In this document: piece by piece, positions 1-9,614 of the stretch
Numbering within the stretch: the first letter of the stretch is position 1
Layout of the letters: each line of letters opens with the position of its first letter
DNA from: Moraxellaceae bacterium
Lineage (GTDB): Bacteria > Pseudomonadota > Gammaproteobacteria > Pseudomonadales > Moraxellaceae
DNA length: 64,000 bases
Reading direction: 5' to 3'
Assembly (NCBI GenBank): GCA_037968855.1
Contig: JBBKWH010000095.1
Span: 11,223-75,222, forward strand
Position numbers and translations under genes: made by a program
Notes under the pieces: generated by a model
Told to the model about the DNA's origin: nothing
Seen by the model: the letters and a program-made list of their open reading frames with translations, nothing else
Database searches by the model: none

Positions 1-2294
1 TGGTCGACCTCGATGACACCCCCGTATTGGACAAAAAAAAGAAGCACACCATTGAAGTGGTGATTGATCGCTTTAAAGTTCGGCCAGATCTGGGCAATCG
101 TGTCGCCGAATCATTTGAGACCACGCTACGTTTGGGTGGTGATTTGGCGATCTTGCACTTTATGGATGGTGATCGGCCAGACCAAGTGTTTTCGGCGCGG
201 CATAGCTGTCCGGTCTGTGACCGAGCGGTAGCCGAGCTTGAGCCGCGTTTATTCTCGTTTAATAACCCGTATGGTGCATGTCCGGTCTGTGATGGTTTGG
301 GCCATCGCAGTCATTTTGCCCCCGAAAAACTCATTCAAAATACCGAACTGTCCTTAAACCAAGGCGCTATTCGTGGTTGGGATCGTCAGCGTCCATATTA
401 TTTTCATCAACTTTGCACGGTGGCAGATCATTATCAAATTGATCGCAATGTGCCATGGCATACGCTGAACGAAACACAGCAATTGCTCATTTTAAATGGC
501 AGTGGACGCGACAAAATCAATTTTAGCCACGTGGATGAGCGAGGCCGTAAACAGAATCGCGTTCAGCCGTTTGAGGGGGTATTGCCTTATTTAGAACGGC
601 GCTATAAAGAAACCGAAAGCAATCTGGTTCGGGATGAGCTTGCTCAGTATTTATCCAACGCACCCTGTAATGTGTGTCATGGGTCACGTCTAAATGATAT
701 TGCACGTCATGTCAAAGTCGCTGATGTTACTTTGCCAGAGATAACCTGTCAGTCGATTGGTGATGCAACTCGTTATTATCAAGATTTACACCTTGACGGT
801 GCCAAAGGTGAAGTTGCAGATAAAATTTTTAAAGAAATTCGTGAACGGCTTCAGTTTTTGGTCAGTGTCGGTTTGAATTATCTCACCCTTGCTCGATCCG
901 CTGATACGTTATCTGGTGGTGAGGCTCAGCGGATTCGTTTGGCCTCGCAAATTGGTGCGGGTCTAATGGGTGTGATGTATGTACTAGACGAACCCTCGAT
1001 TGGCCTACATCAACGCGATAACGAACGACTCTTGGGCACGCTGATTCGCCTGCGTGATTTGGGCAATACCGTGCTGGTGGTTGAGCATGACGAAGATGCA
1101 ATTCGCGCCGCCGATTATATTATCGACATTGGGCCGGGTGCAGGGATTCATGGTGGACAAATCATTGCCGAAGGCTCGGCACAAGATTTGGCCGATCATC
1201 CCGACTCACTGACCGGACAGTATTTGTCGGGTGCATTGTCGATTGCCGTGCCTAGCGAGCGCCATCAACCTGACCCAGAGCGCACGCTCGCCCTCAATGG
1301 TGCGCAAGGCCATAACCTGCAACACGTCAATCTCAAAATCCCTTTGGGCCTGATGACCTGTATTACCGGCGTATCCGGTTCGGGCAAGTCCACGTTGATC
1401 AATCGCACCTTGATGCCGTTAGCGGCTACGCAACTCAATGGTGCCAGTACGCTTACCGCAGAGCGCTTTGAGTCGATTGATGGCCTACAACACTTAGACA
1501 AGGTGGTCGATATTGACCAAAGCCCTATTGGTCGTACACCACGCAGTAACCCTGCCACCTATACCGGCGTGTTTACACCATTGCGGGAGCTGTTCTCGCA
1601 GACGCCAGAGGCGCGAGCGCGCGGTTATGCACCCGGTCGCTTCTCGTTTAACGTCAAAGGCGGCCGCTGTGATGCCTGTGAAGGCGATGGCGTGCTCAAA
1701 GTCGCTATGCACTTTTTGCCTGACATGTATGTGCCGTGTGATGTCTGCCATGGCAAACGCTATAACCGCGAAACCTTAGAGGTGCATTACAAAGGTCAGA
1801 ACATCTCTGATGTGCTCAATATGACCGTTGAAGATGCGGCAACGTTCTTTGAGGCGATTCCCAGTATTCATCGTAAGCTTGATACCTTGATTCAGGTTGG
1901 TTTGGGTTACATTCGCTTGGGTCAAGCCGCCACCACGCTGTCTGGCGGTGAAGCACAACGGGTCAAACTGGCGCGTGAGTTGGCCAAACGAGACACGGGC
2001 CAAACCTTATATATCTTGGATGAGCCAACCACTGGCCTACACTTCCACGATATTGCCAAGTTGCTGGAAATCCTGCATCAACTGCGTAACAAGGGCAACA
2101 CTGTGGTAGTGATCGAGCACAATCTGGACGTGATCAAAACCGCCGACTGGGTGGTGGATCTTGGCCCAGAAGGTGGTTCTGGTGGTGGATTGATCATTGC
2201 CGAAGGCACCCCCGAACAAGTGGCTCAGGTCGAAGGCTCATTTACCGGTCAGTTCTTGCAACCGTTACTGGCATCAAGCACGAAACTCGCTTAA
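1..2294 (+). CDS. uvrA: Excinuclease ABC subunit A (UvrA), 5' end outside the window
   Basis: Open frame from position 3. It reads ...[23 protein letters not shown]..., two ABC ATPase modules (LSGGEAQR twice, GVSGSGKST), zinc-finger CxxC pairs. Stop at 2292-2294. Confidence 0.93.
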   Translation, partial: VDLDDTPVLDKKKKHTIEVVIDRFKVRPDLGNRVAESFETTLRLGGDLAILHFMDGDRPDQVFSARHSCPVCDRAVAELEPRLFSFNNPYGACPVCDGLGHRSHFAPEKLIQNTELSLNQGAIRGWDRQRPYYFHQLCTVADHYQIDRNVPWHTLNETQQLLILNGSGRDKINFSHVDERGRKQNRVQPFEGVLPYLERRYKETESNLVRDELAQYLSNAPCNVCHGSRLNDIARHVKVADVTLPEITCQSIGDATRYYQDLHLDGAKGEVADKIFKEIRERLQFLVSVGLNYLTLARSADTLSGGEAQRIRLASQIGAGLMGVMYVLDEPSIGLHQRDNERLLGTLIRLRDLGNTVLVVEHDEDAIRAADYIIDIGPGAGIHGGQIIAEGSAQDLADHPDSLTGQYLSGALSIAVPSERHQPDPERTLALNGAQGHNLQHVNLKIPLGLMTCITGVSGSGKSTLINRTLMPLAATQLNGASTLTAERFESIDGLQHLDKVVDIDQSPIGRTPRSNPATYTGVFTPLRELFSQTPEARARGYAPGRFSFNVKGGRCDACEGDGVLKVAMHFLPDMYVPCDVCHGKRYNRETLEVHYKGQNISDVLNMTVEDAATFFEAIPSIHRKLDTLIQVGLGYIRLGQAATTLSGGEAQRVKLARELAKRDTGQTLYILDEPTTGLHFHDIAKLLEILHQLRNKGNTVVVIEHNLDVIKTADWVVDLGPEGGSGGGLIIAEGTPEQVAQVEGSFTGQFLQPLLASSTKLA

Positions 2295-2308
2295 AGCCTC
2301 CTCAAAAA

Positions 2309-2335
2309 AGAGGTCATGATTTGGCCTCTTTTTTG
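2309..2335. terminator. Bidirectional rho-independent terminator between convergent uvrA and luxR-family gene
   Basis: Stem AGAGGTCA / TGGCCTCT with one mismatch, loop TGATT. An A-run precedes it and TTTTTTG follows. Confidence 0.5.
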
Positions 2336-2370
2336 TTTGCTGCTAGATGTGCTCTGCCTACCTCAGCCAC

Positions 2371-3081
2371 TTAAAATAATCCAAGCAATGCCGCCTTGAC
2401 TGCCGCCGCAGTTTTATTAGTGGCATTTAACTTTTTGATACAGTTAGCAATATGAAAATTCACCGTGCGCTCGGTGATATGCATGATGGTGGAAATATCC
2501 GAAGCTGTTTTGCCCTCAGCCGTCCAACGCAATACATCAATTTCGCGGCCAGATAACACTGACGCGCGCTCTGGTGCAATTTTTTCGGACAGTCGATTGG
2601 CCATCAATTGATGCGTGATTTGGGTCAGCCAAATCATCTTATAGCCCTTAACATCCAGCTCAGCCGTGCTCAAGGTCTCGTTAGATCTGGCCAGTGTCAT
2701 CATGCCACTGACCCCTTGCATATCGCAGGTTGATTGTGCCCAGCCCACGCTTAAGCCATACGCGCGAGCTTCTTCCCAAAAACCGCGCTCTGGCAAAAAT
2801 AGCTCGTCGGTCCACACCAATGGCATGGTGGACTTTAAGCCATGCTTTACCGAGGGATCGATCAGAAAATAACTTTGCTCGGCATAACGCTGTTGCCAAG
2901 ACTCTGGATAATTATTCAGCATGACGACCCGATGCTGGGACAAATGCATTGGTTGACGCACCCCATACGCAAAGTGGTCAAACCCCAACTCTAAAGCCAA
3001 TGCCGCCAGACGATTAAAAACGTCTTGCTCTGTTCCCGCCCCATCCAAATCTGCTAATAAATGCTCTTGCCAAACATGCAT
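2371..3081 (-). CDS. LuxR-family acyl-homoserine-lactone-responsive transcriptional regulator (AbaR-like)
   Basis: 236 aa. N-terminal autoinducer-binding domain, C-terminal HTH (LSGREIDVLRWTAEGKTASDISTIMHITERTVNFHIANCIKKL). True ATG start at 3081. Confidence 0.85.
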   Translation of the reverse strand: MHVWQEHLLADLDGAGTEQDVFNRLAALALELGFDHFAYGVRQPMHLSQHRVVMLNNYPESWQQRYAEQSYFLIDPSVKHGLKSTMPLVWTDELFLPERGFWEEARAYGLSVGWAQSTCDMQGVSGMMTLARSNETLSTAELDVKGYKMIWLTQITHQLMANRLSEKIAPERASVLSGREIDVLRWTAEGKTASDISTIMHITERTVNFHIANCIKKLNATNKTAAAVKAALLGLF

Positions 3082-3255
3082 CTTAAATTACTCACCTCAA
3101 TTTTTTTCCCTTTGACTTAATCATATTTCAAGCACAGTGACAGAATCACTATACAAAATTTGATAAAGGTCTCATTTCTCAGCTCCCCCGCCTGTTAAAA
3201 CTAACACTATCCCGATCTAGACGCATCGGTTAGCGTCTGCACCACTGCTGATTGG

Positions 3256-3708
3256 ATGCTAATGTTTATGAATTTACTCCCTGCCCGTCACAAGCCTTTG
3301 CCTATGCCTAAGATCTCATCGGATGGTTATGTCCGTCTAAGTGTTGATTTATTGAACAACATTCCTTTGCTGCATCTACTGTCTGCCCTAGACGATGATA
3401 CGCCATGTCATGCCGCGCCACAGGTGCTACCACCCTATATTAATGGCTACAGCGAGTGGATTAGCGAAGGGCAACCTGCCTTATCAATTGGCTGGGATTG
3501 GCAAGCAAGCTGGCAGGACCACCAATTAATATGTGAACTAATAGACACTCCTCGCAGCAATATCATGCTGATTGATCAGCAACAACAAGATCTTGGCCAC
3601 CATGCCACCCTCGACTTACTCAAAAACAAAATCCACATGCTGGACTGGCAGCCTGCCGTGATCAATGCAATTTTGCAGATCTATAGCTTGTCAAGCTGTC
3701 AAAACTAA
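3256..3708 (+). CDS. Small hypothetical protein in the position of the RsaM/TofM/AbaM quorum-sensing modulator
   Basis: 150-aa ORF between the luxR-type and luxI-type genes, same strand as luxI. The assignment is positional only; I recognise no motif. Confidence 0.45.
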   Translation: MLMFMNLLPARHKPLPMPKISSDGYVRLSVDLLNNIPLLHLLSALDDDTPCHAAPQVLPPYINGYSEWISEGQPALSIGWDWQASWQDHQLICELIDTPRSNIMLIDQQQQDLGHHATLDLLKNKIHMLDWQPAVINAILQIYSLSSCQN

Positions 3709-3711
3709 CAG
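3696..3711. promoter_or_regulatory. lux-box-like inverted repeat CTGTCAAAACTAACAG upstream of the AHL synthase gene
   Basis: CTGT-N8-ACAG dyad ending 73 nt upstream of the ATG at 3784. It overlaps the stop codon of the 3256..3708 ORF. It has the form of Acinetobacter-type lux boxes (CTGT...ACAG). Confidence 0.5.
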
Positions 3712-3783
3712 TTGTTCGAGCACCCCTCTACACCGTTAAATCGTCAGTGATGAGTCCCGCAACACATTGAAGGGATAACAATT

Positions 3784-4344
3784 ATGCGAATGCACTCAGG
3801 GATGAAAGAAACACTGCCAAGCCATCTGTACCGGCAACTTGGTGTGTATCGATACGATGTGTTTATCGAGCATTTGGGCTGGAATTTGAATGTTCGAGAT
3901 GGGTTGGAGCTGGATCAGTTTGATCGAGATAACGAGACGGTTTATGTCGTTGCTCAGCAAGAGGATGGAACGATTCAAGGGTGTGCACGACTCCTGCCCA
4001 CACTTGGACCATACCTGCTAAGCGAAGTCTTTCCGCAGTTGTTGAACGGACTAGAACCACCGTCATCGTCTGATGTTTGGGAACTCTCGCGCTTTGCTGC
4101 GGTAGACCTGAGCAAAAAGACAGGAAGCGGTGCTTCGGCCCAGTACTCATCGCCTGTTGCACTTGCACTGATCCAAGCGGCAATGGATTGTGCCAGACAA
4201 CAGGGTGCCAAACGGTTGATCACTGTATCGCCAGTGGGTGTGGAACGTCTACTCAGTCGAGCAGGCATTGTTGCACATCGTGCTGGACCACCGATGGTGA
4301 TCAATGGACATGCCTTAACCGCATGTTGGATTGAACTGGTTTAA
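3784..4344 (+). CDS. Acyl-homoserine-lactone synthase (LuxI family)
   Basis: 186 aa. Conserved LuxI-family block ...SDVWELSRFAA... ATG with upstream GGGATAACAATT; strong terminator follows. Confidence 0.85.
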   Translation: MRMHSGMKETLPSHLYRQLGVYRYDVFIEHLGWNLNVRDGLELDQFDRDNETVYVVAQQEDGTIQGCARLLPTLGPYLLSEVFPQLLNGLEPPSSSDVWELSRFAAVDLSKKTGSGASAQYSSPVALALIQAAMDCARQQGAKRLITVSPVGVERLLSRAGIVAHRAGPPMVINGHALTACWIELV

Positions 4345-4412
4345 GGAAAGCCAACAATAAACTAAACAATGCAGATAACTGTCAAACACTCTCAGCAGAC
4401 TACTTGTATCGT

Positions 4413-4448
4413 AAACGCCTTGAAGACCTCAAGGCGTTTTCCTTTTTT
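4413..4448 (+). terminator. Rho-independent terminator after luxI-type gene
   Basis: Stem AAACGCCTTGA / TCAAGGCGTTT (11 bp), loop AGACC, followed by TTTTCCTTTTTT. Confidence 0.65.
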
Positions 4449-4633
4449 CACTTTGGTGCTGATTGATGCTGACGGTTGATCGCGAACCAAGCCTATGAAG
4501 ACTGCATAACGGCATATCATGCCTATACAAAAAACACTCATAGCGTTCTATGCTATAACATTTTTACCTAACATCAGCATGGCTAAATTTGTCAGTATTA
4601 TCAATACCATTCGCAACACTATGCATTGATATC

Positions 4634-5692
4634 ATGGCCACCAATACCTTAGAAACCGTGGGCTCGGCAGCCAAAGATGCGGTCACTAGCAAAGCCATTC
4701 AGTACCAAGACATCTACACTACGGTTAATGACTTGGTGCAAGGTTTTTGGGAGCGTATGCCTTATTTTGTCATCGCACTCATTATCTTTATTATTTTTTG
4801 GTTAGTGGCCAAGCTGTTTAAGCTGATCATTCGTAAGACACTTGGCCAGCGCGCACATCGTAAGCAGAACCTTGTGTTGGTACTCAGTCGACTCGGTAGT
4901 AGCTTTATTATTTTTCTGGGTTTCTTGATTGCAATGGTTGTCGCAATCCCTGGTTTTACGCCGGCCCAACTGATCAGCGCGCTGGGCATTGGTTCGGTCG
5001 CGATTGGCTTTGCCTTTAAAGATATTTTTCAAAACATGCTGTCTGGCATCTTGTTGCTGCTATCTGAGCCGTTCCGGATTGGTGATCAGATCGTCACCAA
5101 CAACTATGAAGGGACGGTCGAAGACATTCAAATCCGCGCGACCTACATCAAAACCTATGATGGGCGCCGGATCGTGATCCCAAATGCTGATCTATATACC
5201 AGCCCCGTTCAAGTTAACACTGCCTTTAATATCCGCCGGATTCAGGTCGAAATTGGTATTGGTTATGGTGATCCGATCAATGAGACACGTCAGTTAATGC
5301 TGGATATTTTGGATCAGTGTTCCAGTGTGTATAAAGAATCTAAACCGACTGTGGTGGTGACCAATCTAGCTGATTTTGCAGTGATCATGCGCGTGCGCTG
5401 GTGGATTGATACCAGCACCCAAATGAACGTCATCAGCTCAACTGACGAAGTCCTAACCGCAATGAAGTATGGCCTGACCGAAGCAGGCGTGGATATGCCG
5501 TTCCCAACCAGTCAGATTTTGCTGCATGACCAAACCGAAGATGGCGATGGTGACCGTAGCAAACAACGTGAAGGCTGGCCACATCGCAAAGATAATACCG
5601 ACAAAGCCTGTGAAGCCGCCAAAGCTGCTACGGTTGGTCGTAAAAATGATGGTAAAGACCCCTCTGAGTCTTCTAAACCAGAACGCGATTAA
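4634..5692 (+). CDS. MscS-family mechanosensitive channel with charged C-terminal tail
   Basis: Three N-terminal TM helices, then the MscS beta-domain (IGDQIVTNNYEGTVEDIQIRATYIKTYDGRRIVIPNADL). The track start at 4589 is TTG; an ATG (MATNTLE...) lies at 4634. Confidence 0.8.
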   Translation: MATNTLETVGSAAKDAVTSKAIQYQDIYTTVNDLVQGFWERMPYFVIALIIFIIFWLVAKLFKLIIRKTLGQRAHRKQNLVLVLSRLGSSFIIFLGFLIAMVVAIPGFTPAQLISALGIGSVAIGFAFKDIFQNMLSGILLLLSEPFRIGDQIVTNNYEGTVEDIQIRATYIKTYDGRRIVIPNADLYTSPVQVNTAFNIRRIQVEIGIGYGDPINETRQLMLDILDQCSSVYKESKPTVVVTNLADFAVIMRVRWWIDTSTQMNVISSTDEVLTAMKYGLTEAGVDMPFPTSQILLHDQTEDGDGDRSKQREGWPHRKDNTDKACEAAKAATVGRKNDGKDPSESSKPERD

Positions 5693-5727
5693 ACGGTTTA
5701 AGCAGGGTGTATTCTGCCATGGCACGG

Positions 5728-6435
5728 TTATGCAAATAGCCGCCCCATCAGCACTGGAACAGCGGTTTCGGTGCGTAGGATTCGCCCGCCCAAGGCCACT
5801 GGTGTACAGCCATTGGCTGCCAACAAATCCACCTCAAACGGAATAAATCCGCCTTCTGGCCCGACCACCAGCACACAAGGCTGTTGAATGTTGGTCGGTG
5901 CCATTTGATCGGCATACGGGTGCGCAACCAAGGCGATTTTATCCTGACACAGCAGTGGCAACTCATCTTCAACAAAGGGCCGAAAGCGTTTTTTGAGTGA
6001 AATTGTGGGCCAGACCGTATCGCCCGCCTGCTCTAGCCCCAGCAGAATAAAATCGTCTATTTGATTTAAAAAAGGCGTCTGCCAATAGCTTTTATCCACG
6101 CGATAACTATGCAATAGCACTAAATGCCGCACACCCAAGGTCACCGCATCCATGATCACGCGGCGTAGCACTTTGGGTCTGGGCAAGGCCAAAATGAGCG
6201 TCAATGGTGGCTTGGCTGGCGGTATTTGATTGAGTTGAATATCGCTTAGCACCAACTGCTGATGATCAATCTGCTGCACTACCGCTTGGCCCTTCAGACC
6301 ATCACGCACACCCACTTTGATGGTGTCGCCCACGACCAGCTTGAGGTGTTCGGCAATATGCTTGAGACGTCGAGGATCGTTGAGGGTGGCCTGCTGACCT
6401 TGTAATTGCTCAGGCTGTAACAGTAACAGATTCAT
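5728..6435 (-). CDS. rsmE: 16S rRNA (uracil1498-N3)-methyltransferase RsmE
   Basis: RsmE-like PUA + SPOUT architecture (VLVVGPEGGF...). ATG at 6435 (MNLLLLQPEQL) preceded by AAGGTAAG. Confidence 0.75.
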   Translation of the reverse strand: MNLLLLQPEQLQGQQATLNDPRRLKHIAEHLKLVVGDTIKVGVRDGLKGQAVVQQIDHQQLVLSDIQLNQIPPAKPPLTLILALPRPKVLRRVIMDAVTLGVRHLVLLHSYRVDKSYWQTPFLNQIDDFILLGLEQAGDTVWPTISLKKRFRPFVEDELPLLCQDKIALVAHPYADQMAPTNIQQPCVLVVGPEGGFIPFEVDLLAANGCTPVALGGRILRTETAVPVLMGRLFA

Positions 6436-6439
6436 TCGC

Positions 6440-7729
6440 TTACCTTGATATCTGCACAGTAGACAACAACAGATCCAACACGGCCAACTGCCGCGCCAAT
6501 GCACCCTGATTGTCCAAACACACCTGCTGGCCGGCTTGACCAGCCTGCACGCGCAAGCCGTCGTTGCTCAGCCACGATTGCCATGTCTGTGCAACGCCAC
6601 TGGCGTCATCAGCTTGAATTAACCCGCCTGCGATTAGCAGCGCCTGTACGATAGGCTCAAAGTTAAAGGTATGACGCCCCATTACCACTGGCACACCAAG
6701 GCGCGCTGGCTCCAATGGATTATGCCCACCGGTAGTCGCCAAAGAACCACCGACAAAGGCCATCTGGGCCAAGGCATACCATGTCCACAACTCGCCCATA
6801 CTGTCAGCCAAATACACTGACGTGGCTGGCGTAATCGTCTGGCCTGCTGAACGCTTAGCCAATGACCAGCCTTTATCGGTGATGAGCGTCGCCACACGAT
6901 CAAAACGTTCGGGATGACGTGGCACGAGAATTAAACAAGCCTTTGGATAACGAGCGTGGATGGCTTTAAAGATATTCAGCAATTGGTTTTCTTCGGGTTC
7001 ATGCGTGCTGGCGGCCACCAAAATCGGGCGGTCTGCCAACTGCCAATCGACAAATAACTGTTGCGCCAAATCCAAGGCCGCCTGTGGTGGGGCCAGATCA
7101 AACTTTAAACTGCCAGTGACGTGTACCCGCTCAGGTTGTACACCAAGCTGAATAAAGCGTTGTGCGGTTGCCGTATCTTGCGCAGCAATACAGCTTAATT
7201 GCTGCACCATGGGCTGCGTAAGGCTGGCAAATTTGCCATAGCCTCGTGCAGAGCGTGCCGATAAACGGGCATTAAGCAAAACGGTTGGAATCTGACGTTG
7301 ACTGGCTTGGGCCAAGAGATTGGGCCATAACTCGGTTTCAATCAGGCCAATCGCACGTGGTTGGTAGGCATCAAAAAAATCTTGCATCAATGCCGCGCTA
7401 TCGACAGGTAAAAACACCGATTGCACCCGACCGGCAAACAATTGGCGTAATCTGGCCTGACCGGTACGGGTGGTATTGGTGACTAAGACTGGCCAGCCTT
7501 GTGCCAGCAAATGCGCAATGATCGGTTGGGCAGCATTGGTCTCGCCGACCGAGACGGCATGAATCCATACAGGACGCTGTTGCCGCTGGGCCTGCATATT
7601 GACAATCGGGCCAAAGCGTTCAGCTACCTCAATTGCATAGTCCACTTGATGCCGCGAGCGCAACCATACTCGCAAGCGATACAACGGCAAGATCATCAAC
7701 ACCAACAGCTGATACCAAAAAACCCGCAT
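6440..7729 (-). CDS. waaA: 3-deoxy-D-manno-octulosonic acid (Kdo) transferase WaaA/KdtA
   Basis: N-terminus MRVFWYQLLVLMILPLYRLRVWLRSR... resembles E. coli KdtA. Contains VWIHAVSVGE and a glycosyltransferase C-terminal domain. The track start at 7741 is GTG; ATG at 7729. Confidence 0.85.
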   Translation of the reverse strand: MRVFWYQLLVLMILPLYRLRVWLRSRHQVDYAIEVAERFGPIVNMQAQRQQRPVWIHAVSVGETNAAQPIIAHLLAQGWPVLVTNTTRTGQARLRQLFAGRVQSVFLPVDSAALMQDFFDAYQPRAIGLIETELWPNLLAQASQRQIPTVLLNARLSARSARGYGKFASLTQPMVQQLSCIAAQDTATAQRFIQLGVQPERVHVTGSLKFDLAPPQAALDLAQQLFVDWQLADRPILVAASTHEPEENQLLNIFKAIHARYPKACLILVPRHPERFDRVATLITDKGWSLAKRSAGQTITPATSVYLADSMGELWTWYALAQMAFVGGSLATTGGHNPLEPARLGVPVVMGRHTFNFEPIVQALLIAGGLIQADDASGVAQTWQSWLSNDGLRVQAGQAGQQVCLDNQGALARQLAVLDLLLSTVQISR

Positions 7730-7790
7730 AAAAAAAGCCACCGCAACTTGTGCAATGGCTCATCATACTGCATTTGCCGTCGATGTCAGA

Positions 7791-8858
7791 TTAGACGGTT
7801 TCGGCAGATGCGAGTGTCGGATAATCGGTATAGCCTTCTGGGCCAGCACCATAAAAGGTTGATGGATCAGGTGTATTCAACTCGGCATCTTGGGTAAAAC
7901 GGGTCACCAAGTCAGGGTTGGCAATATACGGAATGCCAAAAGCCACTGCATCGGCATCACCATGGGCAATGATCGCATTGGCACTGGCTTTATCGAATTT
8001 CTCATTGGCAATATACACCCCGCCAAAGATTTTTTTCAGTTGTGGGCCAAGGCTATCGTCGGCCTCGTGCTCACGTGCACAAATAAACGCGATCTGACGC
8101 TTGGCCAATTGCTCAGCCACATAACCAAAGGTCTCTAGCGGTGCGGCATCGCCCATGTCATGCGCATCGCGACGTGGCGCAAGGTGCATCCCAACCCGAC
8201 CAGCACCCCAAACGGCAATACATTCATCGGCAACCGCCAGCATTAAACGGGCGCGATTTTCGAGCGATCCACCGTATTGATCGGTGCGGGTATTGGTCGA
8301 TGTTTGCAAAAATTGATCGAGCAAATAACCATTGGCACCATGAATCTCAACCCCATCAAAGCCAGCTTTTTTGGCGTTTTCGGCACCCAAGCGATAGGCC
8401 GCAATCACCTCAGCGACTTCGCTGGTCTCTAGCGCACGCGGGGTGTCATAGGCTTTTTTAGGCCGAACCAAACTGACATGACCGTCTGGCTGAATGGCAC
8501 TTGGCGCAACCGGTTGTTGACCATCCAAATAAATCGGATCAGAAATACGGCCCACATGCCACAACTGCAACACCATACGACCACCGGCCTTGTGCACGGC
8601 ATCGGTGACCATGCACCAACCGGCCACTTGCTCATCAGACCAGATACCCGGTGTATCGGGATAACCCACACCCATTGGCATGACCGAGGTGGCTTCGCTA
8701 ATGATCAGACCGGCATCGGCGCGTTGCACATAGTATTCGGCCATCAACGCATTCGGTACCCGTCCGCTACTGGCACGACAGCGGGTCAACGGTGACATGA
8801 TGATTCGATTGGGCAAAGACAACTCGCCGACCTGTAACGGGCTAAATAAATCAGACAT
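7791..8858 (-). CDS. Old Yellow Enzyme family NADH:flavin oxidoreductase (NemA-like alkene reductase)
   Basis: MSDLFSPLQVGELSLPNRIIMSPLTRCRA... with a TIM-barrel OYE signature. ATG at 8858 preceded by GAGAGGAG. Confidence 0.85.
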   Translation of the reverse strand: MSDLFSPLQVGELSLPNRIIMSPLTRCRASSGRVPNALMAEYYVQRADAGLIISEATSVMPMGVGYPDTPGIWSDEQVAGWCMVTDAVHKAGGRMVLQLWHVGRISDPIYLDGQQPVAPSAIQPDGHVSLVRPKKAYDTPRALETSEVAEVIAAYRLGAENAKKAGFDGVEIHGANGYLLDQFLQTSTNTRTDQYGGSLENRARLMLAVADECIAVWGAGRVGMHLAPRRDAHDMGDAAPLETFGYVAEQLAKRQIAFICAREHEADDSLGPQLKKIFGGVYIANEKFDKASANAIIAHGDADAVAFGIPYIANPDLVTRFTQDAELNTPDPSTFYGAGPEGYTDYPTLASAETV

Positions 8859-8953
8859 GACTGCTCCTCTCACACAGCATCACTGCTGCATGTTGTGATC
8901 AATATGAAAAAGAACCTTGTGCATCGCACCATGACGAGGGCGATGGGTAACGG

Positions 8954-9292
8954 CTATAACTGCTGTTGCATTGCCTGCAAAAATGCCTGAATCACCGCAT
9001 CATTGCGCTTAAAAAAACTCCATTGGCCAACTTTTTTGCAGTCGAGCAAACCCGCACGCTGCAAAATGGCCAAGTGGGTCGAGATGGTTGATTGGGACAA
9101 CCCAGAACGTTGATCAATTTGGCCTGCACACACCCCCAGCTCTAGCGGTAATTCTTGCTCGGCAAAATGCGCTTGCGGATCTTTGAGCCAAGCCAAAATC
9201 TCTCGCCGAACCGGATGCGATAACGCTTTGATGATCAGATCAACATCCACATTAAAATCACTCGGCAGATCAGTATTCAGATCAGTGCTCAT
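8954..9292 (-). CDS. ArsR/SmtB-family transcriptional regulator
   Basis: About 110 aa with a winged-HTH core (LSQSTISTHLAILQRAGLL). The 5' end is uncertain (GTG at 9298, ATG at 9292). Confidence 0.6.
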   Translation of the reverse strand: MSTDLNTDLPSDFNVDVDLIIKALSHPVRREILAWLKDPQAHFAEQELPLELGVCAGQIDQRSGLSQSTISTHLAILQRAGLLDCKKVGQWSFFKRNDAVIQAFLQAMQQQL

Positions 9293-9430
9293 AGTCACCT
9301 ACAGACATCACGACTCGCACAGCGTATTCCTCTGTGAGTCATTGGTATATAGCCACTTACAAAAGTTTATATCTAGAACTATCGATATACGACAAAACAA
9401 AATAACCCCAGATAGACAGGCATAAAAAAA

Positions 9431-9454
9431 CCCAGCTCGCAGGCTGGGTTTTTT
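9431..9454. terminator. Bidirectional rho-independent terminator downstream of prfB
   Basis: A-run + CCCAGCTCGCAGGCTGGG + TTTTTT. Confidence 0.55.
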
Positions 9455-9614
9455 ACGTTCTACAGCAACAGTTTAGCAAAAACAAATACCCGCAACTTGC
9501 ATGTATCTCACCTCGCTAAGCGTCACACTACATCTCGAATATCGCAACTCAGCGCATCGCTGTCAAGCCTTGATCACCACTATTTTGATCAAGGTTTGAT
9601 CAAACGATACTTTT

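Noticed and set aside
3709-3783. A second palindrome (AACAGTTGTT) near the lux-box
   Set aside because: On checking the reverse complement it is not a true palindrome; it is merely adjacent to the real CTGT-N8-ACAG dyad.
9568-9594. Inverted repeat CCTTGATCA...TGATCAAGG directly downstream of prfB as its terminator
   Set aside because: No T-run follows on the transcribed strand. The stronger hairpin + T-tract at 9431-9454 is the more plausible terminator. This repeat may be a regulatory dyad, but I found no support for that.
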